DNA of 33,265 bases from Bradyrhizobium sp. (GCA_036513695.1 DATBYN010000219.1:1-33265); one strand, 5' to 3'. Numbered from the stretch's first letter, positions 17,900 to 27,914 are shown. The notes: a model not told the origin generated them from the letters alone. Numbers and translations are program-made.

Positions 17900-18064
17900 A
17901 TGAAGAATCTGGTTTCCCGTTTTGTGAAGGATGAGTCCGGTGCAACCGCCATCGAATACGGCCTGATTGCCGCCGGCATCTCGATCGTGATCATCACTGC
18001 TGTCAACGGCATCGGCAGCACGCTGAAGACGAATTTCCAGAACATCTCGACCTCGCTGAAATAA
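17900..18064 (+). CDS. flp: Flp family major pilin (54 aa; below ORF-track cutoff)
   Basis: Own translation MKNLVSRFVKDESG|ATAIEYGLIAAGISIVIITAVNGIGSTLKTNFQNISTSLK; G|xxxxEY motif; GGAG RBS. Confidence 0.97.
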   Translation: MKNLVSRFVKDESGATAIEYGLIAAGISIVIITAVNGIGSTLKTNFQNISTSLK

Positions 18065-18082
18065 GCGTCGGTTGCGAAAACG

Positions 18083-18110
18083 CAAAGGCCTCGGGATACC
18101 GGGGCCTTTG
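18083..18110 (+). terminator. Terminator-like hairpin after pilin
   Basis: CAAAGGCCTCGG-gata-CCGGGGCCTTTG followed by TCGTTT. Confidence 0.75.
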
Positions 18111-18140
18111 TCGTTTCCGCCGACGGCAGATGGCGTAAAC

Positions 18141-18287
18141 ATGCGTAAACCCGATGCCACCTCGACCGCCGCATCAATAGCCTCATCGCCGGCCGGCCGC
18201 CGCGACGATGCGGCCGTGGCGCTGGTCTGTCTGGCGCTGACGCTGGCGCTTTTTACTCTCGCCTTCCGGATCGCAAATATCTGGTGA
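18141..18287 (+). CDS. Small hypothetical single-TM protein (48 aa)
   Basis: MRKPDATST...RRDDAAVALVCLALTLALFTLAFRIANIW, between pilin and cpaA. Confidence 0.5.
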   Translation: MRKPDATSTAASIASSPAGRRDDAAVALVCLALTLALFTLAFRIANIW

Positions 18288-18371
18288 GGGCGTTTCCCGA
18301 TTGTTCATCTCTCGCCGCTAGAATCGGGCGATGCTCCGACCCTGCGTCAACAGCACGGGCTGTCAAACCCC

Positions 18372-18896
18372 ATGATCCTCGATATTGCGCGCCTTATGCT
18401 GTTTCCAGCCCTGATGGCGTTCGCGGCGGCGAGCGATCTTTTCACCATGACGATTTCGAACCGGGTGTCGCTGGCACTGGCGGCAGGCTTTTTGATTCTC
18501 GCTCTCTTGAGCGGCATGGAACTTCACGACCTGCTCTCGCATGTCGGGGCGGGCGCTGCCGTGCTCGCAGTGGCCTTTGTCTGCTTTGCCATGGGCTGGG
18601 TGGGCGGCGGAGACGCCAAGGTTGCGGCCGGGGCGGCGCTCTGGTTCGGGTTCGGCCACCTGCTCGACTATCTGGTCTGCGCCTCCCTGTTCGGCGGGGC
18701 CCTGACGCTGTTGCTGCTGCAGTTTCGGCAATGGCCGTTGCCCTCCCCTCTCACCGGCCAGGCGTGGCTGCTCAAGCTGCACGCCAAGGAAAGCGGAATT
18801 CCCTACGGGATCGCGCTCGCGATCGGCGCGCTGATGATTTACCCGGAGACGGAATGGATCAAGGCGGTCGACCTCGGCCACTTCGCCATTCGCTGA
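18372..18896 (+). CDS. cpaA: Prepilin peptidase CpaA/TadV (A24)
   Basis: AASDLFTMTISN, GGGDAK, IPYGIAL motifs. Confidence 0.94.
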   Translation: MILDIARLMLFPALMAFAAASDLFTMTISNRVSLALAAGFLILALLSGMELHDLLSHVGAGAAVLAVAFVCFAMGWVGGGDAKVAAGAALWFGFGHLLDYLVCASLFGGALTLLLLQFRQWPLPSPLTGQAWLLKLHAKESGIPYGIALAIGALMIYPETEWIKAVDLGHFAIR

Positions 18897-18907
18897 CCGG
18901 GCCGGAG

Positions 18908-18958
18908 TAAACCCGGCGTTAAGGCGATTTAGATACGCCTCATTAACCATGCTTTGAC
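18908..18958. promoter_or_regulatory. Two CtrA-like boxes upstream of cpaB
   Basis: TAAA-CCCGGCG-TTAA (18908-18922) and TTAA-CCATGCT-TTGAC (18943-18958). Confidence 0.62.
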
Positions 18959-19023
18959 GAATAGCTGGTCAACTCCCATCACGGCGGCGGAAGCGTCGCC
19001 GCGTAATGTGGAAAGTGAAGCGT

Positions 19024-19815
19024 ATGAATACCGCACGGATTGTCGTCCTGACCATCGCTGTCGGTGCCGGCGGCATTGCCGCGTTTCTCGCGAGCGGATC
19101 CGACAACAAGCCTGCCCCGACCGAGCCGGTGGCGCAACTGCAGACCGTGGACGTTCTGGTGGCGAAGTCCGACATCGGCCTCGGCCAGACGGTCACGCCC
19201 GAAGACATGCAATGGCAGACCTGGCCGGCAACGACGGCAAGCAACACTTTCATTCGCCGCAACGAACGCCCTGACGCCACCACCCAGATTGCCGGCTCGA
19301 TCGCACGCGCGCCCTTCATCGCCGGCGAACCGATCCGGGAGCCGAAACTGGTCAAGGCCGTTGGCTCGGGCTTCATGGCGGCGATCCTGCCCACCGGCAT
19401 GCGCGCCATTTCGACCGAAATCTCGCCGGAAAGCGGCGCCGGCGGCTTCATCCTGCCGAACGACCGGGTCGACGTCATTCTCTCCAAGCGCGACAAGAAC
19501 CCGGACCGCACCGGTCCCGATGTCGTCAACTCCGAGATCATTCTTTCCAATGTTCGCGTTCTGGCGATCGATCAGGCGCCGAAGGAAAAGGACGGCCAGA
19601 ACGCGGTGGTCGGCAAGACCGTCACGCTGGAGCTGAAACCCGAGCAGGCGGAGACGCTGGCCCGGGCGCGCCAGACCGGCACGCTGGCGCTGGCGTTGCG
19701 CAGCATTGCCGATCTCAACGTGGTCGCGAACAGGTCCGACGATGCTCCCAAGCGTAGCGACAGCGTCAATGTCGTCCGCTACGGCGTCTCAACCCAGACG
19801 ACGATACTGAAGTGA
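19024..19815 (+). CDS. cpaB: Flp pilus assembly protein CpaB/RcpC
   Basis: SAF domain, GMRAIS, GGFILPNDRVDVIL, NVRVLAIDQ, TVTLEL; ATG 19024. Confidence 0.95.
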   Translation: MNTARIVVLTIAVGAGGIAAFLASGSDNKPAPTEPVAQLQTVDVLVAKSDIGLGQTVTPEDMQWQTWPATTASNTFIRRNERPDATTQIAGSIARAPFIAGEPIREPKLVKAVGSGFMAAILPTGMRAISTEISPESGAGGFILPNDRVDVILSKRDKNPDRTGPDVVNSEIILSNVRVLAIDQAPKEKDGQNAVVGKTVTLELKPEQAETLARARQTGTLALALRSIADLNVVANRSDDAPKRSDSVNVVRYGVSTQTTILK

Positions 19816-19832
19816 CCAAGAGGACGCAGGAT

Positions 19833-21302
19833 ATGAGATGCAGGGGAAATCAGCCGGCGATGCGGACCGTTGCGGTCCGCGCCCTGTCGTTTGCGGCGGT
19901 TACGGCGCTGACGCTCAATCCGGCCTTCACCCCGGTGGTGGCGAGCGACTATCGCGCCGTGGCGCCGGTTGCCGCCGCCGATGGACAGATGAATGCGCGA
20001 TACCTCGCGCTCGGCATCGGCAAATCCGTCGTGATCGATCTGCCGCGTGACATCAAGGACGTGTTGGTCGCCGATCCCAAGATCGCCAACGCCGTCGTGC
20101 GTTCGGCACAGCGCGCCTATATCATCGGCGCGGCGGTCGGCCAGACCAATATCGTGTTCTTCGATTCGGCGGGCCAGCAAATCGCCGCCTATGACATCGC
20201 CGTCAAGCGAGACCTCAATGGCGTCCGCGCCGCGCTGAAGCAAACGCTGCCGAATGCCGATATCCAGATCGAAGGCATTGGCGACGGCGTGATGCTGTCC
20301 GGCTCGGCGGCAAATCCGATCGAGGCCCAGCAGGCGGGCGACCTCGCCGCACGGCTGGTCGGCGGCGCGGACAAGGTCGTCAACTCCATCGCGGTTCGGG
20401 GCCGCGACCAGGTGATGCTGAAGGTCACGCTCGCCGAGGTCCAGCGCTCGATCATCAAGCAGATGGGCATCGATCTCAGCGCCAACCTGAATTACGGCAC
20501 GGCGGTCGTGAAATTCAACAATGCCAACCCGTTCACCGCAAACAATGCGCCACTCGTTGCCGGCAACGCCGTCACCACATCGTTCGGCTCGACGCCGTCG
20601 GTCCAGGCGACGCTGCGCGCGATGGAAAGCGCCGGTGTGGTGCGGACGCTCGCCGAACCCAATCTGACGGCGATCTCCGGCGAATCCGCGACCTTTATCT
20701 CCGGCGGCGAATTTCCGATTCCAACCGGCGTGACCTGCCAGACCACGACGTCGGGCGCTATCGGACAATGCGTCCAGACCGTCACTTTCAAGAAATTCGG
20801 CATTTCGCTCAACTTCACGCCGGTGGTCATGACCGAGGGGCGGATCAGCCTGCGGGTGATGACCGAAGTGTCGGAGGTCTCGACCGAAAACGCGTTGACT
20901 GGCGGCGTCAACGGAACCACGATTCCCTCGATCAAGACCCGCCGCGCAGAGACCACGCTGGAGATTCCATCGGGCGGCGCGATGGCGATGGCCGGCCTGA
21001 TCCAGGATCAGACCAAGCAGGCGATCAACGGAATGCCCGGATTGATGCAACTGCCGATCCTGGGATCGCTGTTCCGCAGCCGCGACTACGTCAACAACCA
21101 GACCGAGTTGATGGTGCTGGTGACGCCCCTCATCGTGCGCGCCGTAGCGCAGAAGGATTTGTCGCGCCCCGACGATGGGTTTGCTGCGGCGGCCGATCCG
21201 CAAGCCGACCTCTTGGGCAGCATCAATCGCATCTACGGCGTTCCGGGCCGCGTCGAGCCGGCGCGGAGTTATCGCGGCACCTATGGCTTTATCACCGACT
21301 GA
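19833..21302 (+). CDS. cpaC: Pilus secretin CpaC/RcpA
   Basis: QVMLKVTLAEV, LAEPNLTAISGESATFISGGEFP, LPILGSLFRS, TELMVLVTP. Confidence 0.96.
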   Translation: MRCRGNQPAMRTVAVRALSFAAVTALTLNPAFTPVVASDYRAVAPVAAADGQMNARYLALGIGKSVVIDLPRDIKDVLVADPKIANAVVRSAQRAYIIGAAVGQTNIVFFDSAGQQIAAYDIAVKRDLNGVRAALKQTLPNADIQIEGIGDGVMLSGSAANPIEAQQAGDLAARLVGGADKVVNSIAVRGRDQVMLKVTLAEVQRSIIKQMGIDLSANLNYGTAVVKFNNANPFTANNAPLVAGNAVTTSFGSTPSVQATLRAMESAGVVRTLAEPNLTAISGESATFISGGEFPIPTGVTCQTTTSGAIGQCVQTVTFKKFGISLNFTPVVMTEGRISLRVMTEVSEVSTENALTGGVNGTTIPSIKTRRAETTLEIPSGGAMAMAGLIQDQTKQAINGMPGLMQLPILGSLFRSRDYVNNQTELMVLVTPLIVRAVAQKDLSRPDDGFAAAADPQADLLGSINRIYGVPGRVEPARSYRGTYGFITD

Positions 21303-21323
21303 GACGGGACGAGGACGAAAACG

Positions 21324-22061
21324 ATGACCGCCAAAATACCCGTCGATCTCAAGCGCGCCTTCCGCATTGCGGGAGCGCTTGTTGGTCTTGCAGGCGTGCT
21401 GGGAGCTTGCACGCATACCGACGAAGCGGTGACGGCGAGCGTCCCTGACGATTACCGCCTGCGGCACCCTATCGCCATTGAGGAAGCCAACCGCTCGGTC
21501 GTCATTTTCGTCGGCCATGCGCGCGGCGGGCTTTCGGCTTCGCAGCGCGGCGATGTGGCGGGACTGGCGCAAACATGGCTGCGTGAAGGAACCGGCGCGA
21601 TCAGCGCCGATCTTCCGATCGACACCCCCAACGCGCGGACGGCCGCAGATTCGTTCCGGGAAATCCAGGCGACGCTGATATCGGCCGGCGTGCCGCCGCG
21701 CGGAATCATAGTCCATCACTATCACCCGGAAGATCCCCGCCAGTTGGCAACGATCCGGCTGACCTATTCGAGAATCGCGGCGGTGGCCGGTCCCTGCGGC
21801 GTATGGCCGGAGGACCTTGGACCCTCGATCAAGAACAAGGGCTATTACGACAACAAGCAATATTACAATTTCGGCTGCGCCTACCAGCGCAACATGGCAG
21901 CGATGGTCGACAATCCGTCAGACCTCGTGCAACCGCGGCCGGAAACCCCGGCCTATACGGCGCGCCGCACCGAAGGTTTCGAGAAGTATCGCAAGGGTGC
22001 TGCGACCGCCACCACTTATCCCGAGGCCGACAAGGCCAAACTCAGCGATGCAGGCAGATGA
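21324..22061 (+). CDS. cpaD: Pilus assembly lipoprotein CpaD
   Basis: Lipobox LGAC, DYRLRHPIAI, CGVWPEDL, NFGCAYQRNMAAMVDNPSDL. Confidence 0.94.
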   Translation: MTAKIPVDLKRAFRIAGALVGLAGVLGACTHTDEAVTASVPDDYRLRHPIAIEEANRSVVIFVGHARGGLSASQRGDVAGLAQTWLREGTGAISADLPIDTPNARTAADSFREIQATLISAGVPPRGIIVHHYHPEDPRQLATIRLTYSRIAAVAGPCGVWPEDLGPSIKNKGYYDNKQYYNFGCAYQRNMAAMVDNPSDLVQPRPETPAYTARRTEGFEKYRKGAATATTYPEADKAKLSDAGR

Positions 22062-23326
22062 TCAGCTACGCCCGTCAAGATCCCGAACAGCAGCCGGGCG
22101 TCACGTCGTCGCCCGCGGACGATCATATCGCACCGGCGCCGCGGGTGTCCGTGCAGGCCTTTTGCGGCACGGTGGAAACCGCAGGTGCCGTACAATCGGC
22201 CGGCGAAGACCGCCGCCTCGACAAGGCCCATCTCAAGATTCAAATGGGCGGCATGGCGGCCGCCATCGAGGCCTATCGCACCGCGCCGACGCCGAACGTG
22301 ATCATCCTGGAGACCGAAGGCCGCAACGACATCCTTACCGGCCTCGATCAGCTTGCAACCGTGTGCGATTCCGGAACCCGCGTCGTTGTGATCGGCCGCG
22401 TCAACGACGTCACGCTTTATCGCGAACTGGTGCGCCGCGGCGTCAGCGACTATGTACTTGCGCCGGTCAATGCGCTCGACGTGGTGCGCTCGGTCTGCGG
22501 GCTGTTCTCGGCGCCGGAGGCCAAGGCCGTCGGCCGGATCATCGCCATCGTCGGGGCCAAAGGCGGCGTCGGCGCTTCCACCGTCGCCCACAACGTCGCC
22601 TGGGCGATCGCGCGCGATCTCGCGCTGGATTCGGTGGTCGCCGATCTCGACCTCGCATTCGGCACCGCCGGCCTCGACTACAATCAGGATCCTCCGCAAG
22701 GCATCGCGGATGCGGTGTTCTCCCCCGATCGTGTCGATACCGCGTTCATCGATCGCCTGCTGTCGAAATGCACCGACCATCTCAGCCTGTTGGCGGCGCC
22801 GGCGACGCTTGACCGGGTCTATGACTTCGGCGCGGACGCATTCGATTCGATCTTCGACACGCTGCGCACGACAATGCCATGCATCGTGCTCGACGTTCCC
22901 CATCAATGGTCGGGCTGGACCAAGCGCGCCCTGGTTGGTGCAGACGATATTCTGATCGTCGGCGCGCCAGATCTCGCCAATTTGCGCAATACCAAGAACA
23001 TATTCGACCTCTTGAAGGCATCGCGGCCCAACGACCGGATTCCGCTGTATTGTCTCAATATGGTCGGCATGGCGAAGCGGCCGGAAATCAACGCCAGCGA
23101 ATTCGCCAAGGCCATCGAAAGCCAGCCGATCGCGTCCATACCGTTTGACCCGCAAATGTTCGGTTCAGCCGCCAACAACGGCCAGATGATCGCGGAAATC
23201 TCCGCCACCCATCGCACCACCGAGATGTTCCTGCAGATCGCGCAACGGCTGACGGGCCGCGGCGAGACCAAAAAGCCGCGGAGTTCATTCCTTTCACCTC
23301 TGATTGAGAAGTTGCGGGCAAAGTAG
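22058..23326 (+). CDS. cpaE: Pilus assembly ATPase CpaE/TadZ
   Basis: Pseudo-receiver domain plus deviant Walker A GAKGGVGAST; start re-set to ATG 22058 (ATGA overlap with cpaD). Confidence 0.95.
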   Translation: MISYARQDPEQQPGVTSSPADDHIAPAPRVSVQAFCGTVETAGAVQSAGEDRRLDKAHLKIQMGGMAAAIEAYRTAPTPNVIILETEGRNDILTGLDQLATVCDSGTRVVVIGRVNDVTLYRELVRRGVSDYVLAPVNALDVVRSVCGLFSAPEAKAVGRIIAIVGAKGGVGASTVAHNVAWAIARDLALDSVVADLDLAFGTAGLDYNQDPPQGIADAVFSPDRVDTAFIDRLLSKCTDHLSLLAAPATLDRVYDFGADAFDSIFDTLRTTMPCIVLDVPHQWSGWTKRALVGADDILIVGAPDLANLRNTKNIFDLLKASRPNDRIPLYCLNMVGMAKRPEINASEFAKAIESQPIASIPFDPQMFGSAANNGQMIAEISATHRTTEMFLQIAQRLTGRGETKKPRSSFLSPLIEKLRAK

Positions 23327-23348
23327 GCCGCCGGCGTGGAGTACGATT

Positions 23349-24818
23349 GTGTTTGGTAAGCGTAGCGGGCCTGAAGGCGACCAGCGGGCGACAAAGCCCG
23401 CCGCGAGCGCATTGGAACCAGCTTCCAATGCGGCGCCTGCCATTTCGCGCAGCCCATCTCCTCTCACGGTTTCGTCACCGCCGCTTTCGCCCGCCAAACC
23501 GCCGCCTGCGCCGGCGATGGAAGCGCGGCGGTCGGACAACTATTACCAGGTCAAGGCCACGATCTTCGGCGCCCTGATCGAAGCGATCGACCTCGCCCAG
23601 CTCGCCAAGCTCGACGGCGAGTCGGCGCGCGAGGAAATTCGCGATATCGTCAACGAGAACATCGCGATCAGGAACATCGTGATGTCGATTGCCGAGCAGG
23701 AAGAACTGCTCGACGACATCTGCAACGACGTTCTCGGATACGGCCCGCTGGAGCCGCTGTTGTCGCGCGACGACATCTCCGACATCATGGTCAACGGCGC
23801 CGGAACGGTGTTCATTGAAGTCGCCGGCCGCATCCAGCGCACCGGGATCCGGTTTCGCGACAACCAGCAGCTCTTGAATATCTGTCAGCGCATCGTCAGC
23901 CAAGTCGGCCGGCGCGTCGACGAATCCTCGCCGATCTGCGACGCCCGCCTTGCCGACGGCTCGCGCGTCAACGCCATCGTGCCGCCGCTGGCGATCGACG
24001 GCCCCGCCTTGACGATCCGCAAATTCAAAAAGGACAAGCTGACGCTCGATCAACTGGTCAAATTCGGCGCCATCACGCCCGAGGGCGCGGAGATCCTGCA
24101 GATCATCGGCCGATGCCGGGCCAACGTTCTGATCTCCGGCGGCACCGGCTCCGGCAAGACCACGCTGTTGAATTGCATCACGCAATATATCGAGGATGAC
24201 GAACGCATCATCACCTGCGAGGACGCCGCGGAACTTCAACTGCAGCAACCTCACGTGGTGCGGCTGGAAACCCGGCCACCCAATATCGAGGGCGAGGGTC
24301 AGGTCACCATGCGTGAACTGGTCCGCAACTGCCTGCGTATGCGCCCTGAACGAATCATCGTCGGCGAAGTCCGCGGACCGGAGGCATTCGACCTGCTGCA
24401 GGCCATGAATACCGGCCACGACGGATCGATGGGAACGCTGCACGCCAACAATCCCCGTGAAGCGCTGTCGCGCTGCGAATCCATGATCACGATGGGTGGA
24501 TTTTCGCTGCCGTCGCGGACCATTCGCGAGATGATCTGTGCTTCGATCGACATCGTGATCCAGGCCGCCCGTCTGCGTGACGGTTCACGCCGCATTACCC
24601 ACATCACCGAGGTGATGGGTATGGAGGGCGACACCATCATCACCCAGGACCTGTTCCTCTACGACATGATCGGGGAGGACGCCAACGGACACATCATCGG
24701 CCGGCATCGCTCCACCGGCATCGGGCGGCCACGCTTCTGGGATCGGGCGCGATATTACGGCGAAGAGAAGCGGCTTGCCGCGGCCCTTGACGCTGCCGAA
24801 GTCGCCACGGAGCTCTGA
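23349..24818 (+). CDS. cpaF: Pilus assembly motor ATPase CpaF/TadA
   Basis: [40 protein letters not shown]; GTG start 23349 (MFGKRS). Confidence 0.97.
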   Translation: MFGKRSGPEGDQRATKPAASALEPASNAAPAISRSPSPLTVSSPPLSPAKPPPAPAMEARRSDNYYQVKATIFGALIEAIDLAQLAKLDGESAREEIRDIVNENIAIRNIVMSIAEQEELLDDICNDVLGYGPLEPLLSRDDISDIMVNGAGTVFIEVAGRIQRTGIRFRDNQQLLNICQRIVSQVGRRVDESSPICDARLADGSRVNAIVPPLAIDGPALTIRKFKKDKLTLDQLVKFGAITPEGAEILQIIGRCRANVLISGGTGSGKTTLLNCITQYIEDDERIITCEDAAELQLQQPHVVRLETRPPNIEGEGQVTMRELVRNCLRMRPERIIVGEVRGPEAFDLLQAMNTGHDGSMGTLHANNPREALSRCESMITMGGFSLPSRTIREMICASIDIVIQAARLRDGSRRITHITEVMGMEGDTIITQDLFLYDMIGEDANGHIIGRHRSTGIGRPRFWDRARYYGEEKRLAAALDAAEVATEL

Positions 24819-24829
24819 AGGAGCGGGTC

Positions 24830-25804
24830 ATGACCACGCAAGCGATCGCACTGACCTTTCTCGCTGCTACCGCCATCGGCGGCCTGGCATGGGTCTTTCT
24901 GTATCCTCTATTGTCGGGGGAGAGAAAGGCCGAGAATCGCCGTGCATCGATCGCCAAACCGGAGCCTTCCGCCCGTTCCGTCGACAAGAATCAGCGCTCG
25001 CGCCGCGAGCAGGTCGAAGGATCGCTGAAGGATCTCGAGGCGCGCCGCCAAAAGGAAAAGAAGCTTCCGCTCAGCAGCCGCCTCACCCAGGCTGGATTGA
25101 ACTGGTCAACCCGGAAATTCATGATTGTTTCCGGGGTTCTCGCAGCCGTCAGCTTTGTGCTGGCGATGCTGTTCGGGGGCGGGCTGCTGGCCGCACTCGG
25201 CCTCGCGTTCGCCGCCGGCGTCGGTCTGCCGCGCTGGACTTTGAACTTTCTCAAGAAGCGCCGCGAAAAGAATTTCCTTCGCGCGCTGCCGGACGCTGTC
25301 GACGTGATCGTGCGTGGCATCAAGGCCGGCCTGCCGTTGTTTGACTCGATCAAGGTCGTTGCGGCCGATGCGCCGGAGCCACTCAAGAGCGAGTTCATGG
25401 CGATCATCGAGACCCAGGCGATCGGTATGCCGCTGGGCGAAGCATGCGCGCGGCTGTTCGAACGGATGCCGGTGCCGGAGGCGAACTTCTTCGGGATCGT
25501 CATCTCGATCCAGCAAAAGTCGGGCGGCAACCTGTCGGAGGCTTTGGGCAACCTGTCCAAGGTGTTGCGCGACCGCAAGAAGATGGCTGAGAAGATTCAG
25601 GCGATGTCGATGGAAGCCAAGTCGTCGGCAGCCATCATCGGCGCGCTGCCGCCGGTCGTCATGCTGCTCGTTTACCTCTCGTCACCCGACTATATCACGC
25701 TACTGTGGACCCATCCGACCGGTCAATTGATGCTCGTTGGCTGCGTGCTTTGGATGTCCACGGGCATTTTCGTGATGAAGAAAATGATTAACTTCGACTT
25801 CTGA
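24830..25804 (+). CDS. tadB: Flp pilus platform protein TadB
   Basis: T2SSF domain LPDAVDVIVRGIKAG, QQKSGGNLSEAL. Confidence 0.94.
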   Translation: MTTQAIALTFLAATAIGGLAWVFLYPLLSGERKAENRRASIAKPEPSARSVDKNQRSRREQVEGSLKDLEARRQKEKKLPLSSRLTQAGLNWSTRKFMIVSGVLAAVSFVLAMLFGGGLLAALGLAFAAGVGLPRWTLNFLKKRREKNFLRALPDAVDVIVRGIKAGLPLFDSIKVVAADAPEPLKSEFMAIIETQAIGMPLGEACARLFERMPVPEANFFGIVISIQQKSGGNLSEALGNLSKVLRDRKKMAEKIQAMSMEAKSSAAIIGALPPVVMLLVYLSSPDYITLLWTHPTGQLMLVGCVLWMSTGIFVMKKMINFDF

Positions 25805-25814
25805 TGGTGCAGCA

Positions 25815-26792
25815 ATGGTTGATTTTCTGATCGTCAAAATCCACGACCCGCATTTCATGGCCATGCTGTTGGCCGCCATAGCCGTGAGCGCCACGGCGTA
25901 CACGCTGATGATGCCCTTCTTCGCAGGCGAGGGCCTGGAGAAGCGTATGAAGGCGGTTGCCAGCGAACGTGAGCGGATCCGCCAGCGCGAGCGCGACCGT
26001 CTCGCCAAGACCGAAAAGGTATCGCTGCGCCAGACGCCGAAGCAACTCGTCTCCAGAGTGGTGGAAGACTTCAACCTCGGAAAATGGCTGGCCCAGGAGG
26101 CCGCGCGCGATAAGCTGACGCAAGCCGGCTATCGCGGCCAGGCGCCCTACATCACATTCCTGTTCTTCCGGCTGATTACGCCGATCGTGCTTTTCCTGGC
26201 CACGGCGCTGTATGTTTTCGTGATCTCGCATATCGATAAGCCGCTGACAGTTAAGATCGGCATCTGCATCCTCGCGGCCTATCTCGGATTGCAGGCGCCG
26301 ATGCTGTTCTTGAGAAACGCGATCACCAAGCGCCAGCTTTCGATCAAGCGCGCATTTCCGGATGCGCTCGATCTATTGCTGATCTGCATTGAGTCCGGCA
26401 TGTCGATCGAAGCCGCCTTCCGCAAGGTCAGCACTGAAATCGTAACCCAGTCGATAGCACTGTCGGAGGAATTCACGCTGACCACGGCCGAGCTGTCTTA
26501 TCTGCAGGACCGCAAGACGGCCTATGAAAATCTGGCGAAGCGCACCGGTCTCGAAGGCGTGAAATCGGTCTGCCTGGCGCTGATGCAGTCGGAACGTTAC
26601 GGAACGCCGCTCGGTCAGACCCTGCGCGTCATGGCGCAGGAAAACCGCGACATGCGCATGAACGAGGCCGAGAAGAAGGCGGCGGCCTTGCCGCCGAAGC
26701 TGACGGTGCCAATGATTTTGTTCTTCCTGCCGTGCCTGTTTATCGTCATTCTCGGGCCAAGCTATATCAGGGTCGTGGAAACCCACTGGTAG
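25815..26792 (+). CDS. tadC: Flp pilus platform protein TadC
   Basis: FPDALDLLLICIESG, QSERYGTPL, AEKKAAALPPKLTVPM. Confidence 0.94.
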   Translation: MVDFLIVKIHDPHFMAMLLAAIAVSATAYTLMMPFFAGEGLEKRMKAVASERERIRQRERDRLAKTEKVSLRQTPKQLVSRVVEDFNLGKWLAQEAARDKLTQAGYRGQAPYITFLFFRLITPIVLFLATALYVFVISHIDKPLTVKIGICILAAYLGLQAPMLFLRNAITKRQLSIKRAFPDALDLLLICIESGMSIEAAFRKVSTEIVTQSIALSEEFTLTTAELSYLQDRKTAYENLAKRTGLEGVKSVCLALMQSERYGTPLGQTLRVMAQENRDMRMNEAEKKAAALPPKLTVPMILFFLPCLFIVILGPSYIRVVETHW

Positions 26793-26891
26793 CCGCCGCT
26801 ATCACGCCTTCCGCAAATGATGTCGTGACAACGAACGCCGGGCGCCGATGCGCCCGCGGCTTGGTCTTGCTTGATACCTTGAGCGAGCCGA

Positions 26892-27704
26892 TCAGTCGGG
26901 ACGGTTGAGCGACGCCACCGGGATCGACCCGGCCCCTGCCCGCGGATTGTCCTTGTGATTCAGCATCTGCTTCAGGTAGGCGACGTTGGCAGCCGCCTCG
27001 TCTTCCGGCAGATCGGCTTTCACGATGGTCTCGGCCTCGGCAAAGCGGCCTTGCAGGCCGACCACCAGGCCCAGATTCTGCCGCACCCGCGCGTCGGCCC
27101 TGCCGCCGGCATAGGCTTGCCGCAGCGTCTCTTCGGCCTTCGGCAATTCTTTTGTAAGCATATAGGAGAGGCCGAGGTTGGACAGTACCGAGGGCTCGTC
27201 GGGCACGATCTTCAAAGCGCTGGCGTAATAGCGCCGCGCCTCGTCGTGGCGACCCAACTGATCGAGCGCGGTGCCCTGCACCGAGAGAATTCGCCAGTCC
27301 GGATTATCGGGTGAATGGGCGCGACTGAGGATGTCGAACGCCTGCTGGAAATTGCCGTTATCGGCAAGCGCGCGGCCATAGCCGGCCATCAATGCCTTGT
27401 TGCCGGGATGGGCGATGGTGGCCTGCTCGAGCACGGCGACGGCCTGGGCGCGCTGCCCGGTGGCGCGAAGGGCCTGCCCATAAGCAAGGGCTGCGTCGGC
27501 GTCCTTCGGATTGGCGCGATAGCGCTCGCCGTAGACCTCGACCGCGCGCCGCGGCTCGGCTTCGCCGCTCGGGCTGGGATCGGCCTTTGACGTCACGGAC
27601 CCCGTGACATCGGACATGGTCTGGCAGCCGCCAAGGCCTGCGGCCAAGATCGCCGTCACGGCCGCGGATGCAAGAAGCCGGGCAATACTGCACTGCTGAC
27701 GCAT
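26892..27704 (-). CDS. tadD: TPR lipoprotein TadD (pilotin-like)
   Basis: Lipobox LGGC, TPR repeats, NLGLSY, VRQNLGLVVGLQG; convergent with tadC. Confidence 0.88.
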   Translation of the reverse strand: MRQQCSIARLLASAAVTAILAAGLGGCQTMSDVTGSVTSKADPSPSGEAEPRRAVEVYGERYRANPKDADAALAYGQALRATGQRAQAVAVLEQATIAHPGNKALMAGYGRALADNGNFQQAFDILSRAHSPDNPDWRILSVQGTALDQLGRHDEARRYYASALKIVPDEPSVLSNLGLSYMLTKELPKAEETLRQAYAGGRADARVRQNLGLVVGLQGRFAEAETIVKADLPEDEAAANVAYLKQMLNHKDNPRAGAGSIPVASLNRPD

Positions 27705-27755
27705 GGGCACTTTAACTCACGGATATCGGGCGGATTGATCGAGCCGAGCGCGTCA

Positions 27756-27788
27756 GCAATAGACCGTTAACCCTAACGGCTGGTTAAT
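27756..27788. promoter_or_regulatory. CtrA-like boxes upstream of tadD
   Basis: GCAA-N7-TTAAC (27756-27771) and CTAA-CGGCTGG-TTAAT (27773-27788). Confidence 0.55.
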
Positions 27789-27914
27789 CGGCAGCGTTCA
27801 GGAAGCCGGTCGGCCGGCTGCGGGGGCGGCCGGACCTTGCGCTGGGTCACGCGCCGCGCGCCATGAAAGCGTTATGAAGCTTGGCCTGTGGGGGCCGATT
27901 TCGGCCCGGGGCCG

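Noticed and set aside
19779-24443. Long minus-strand ORFs (693, 379, 322 aa)
   Set aside because: Antisense shadows of cpaC-cpaF.
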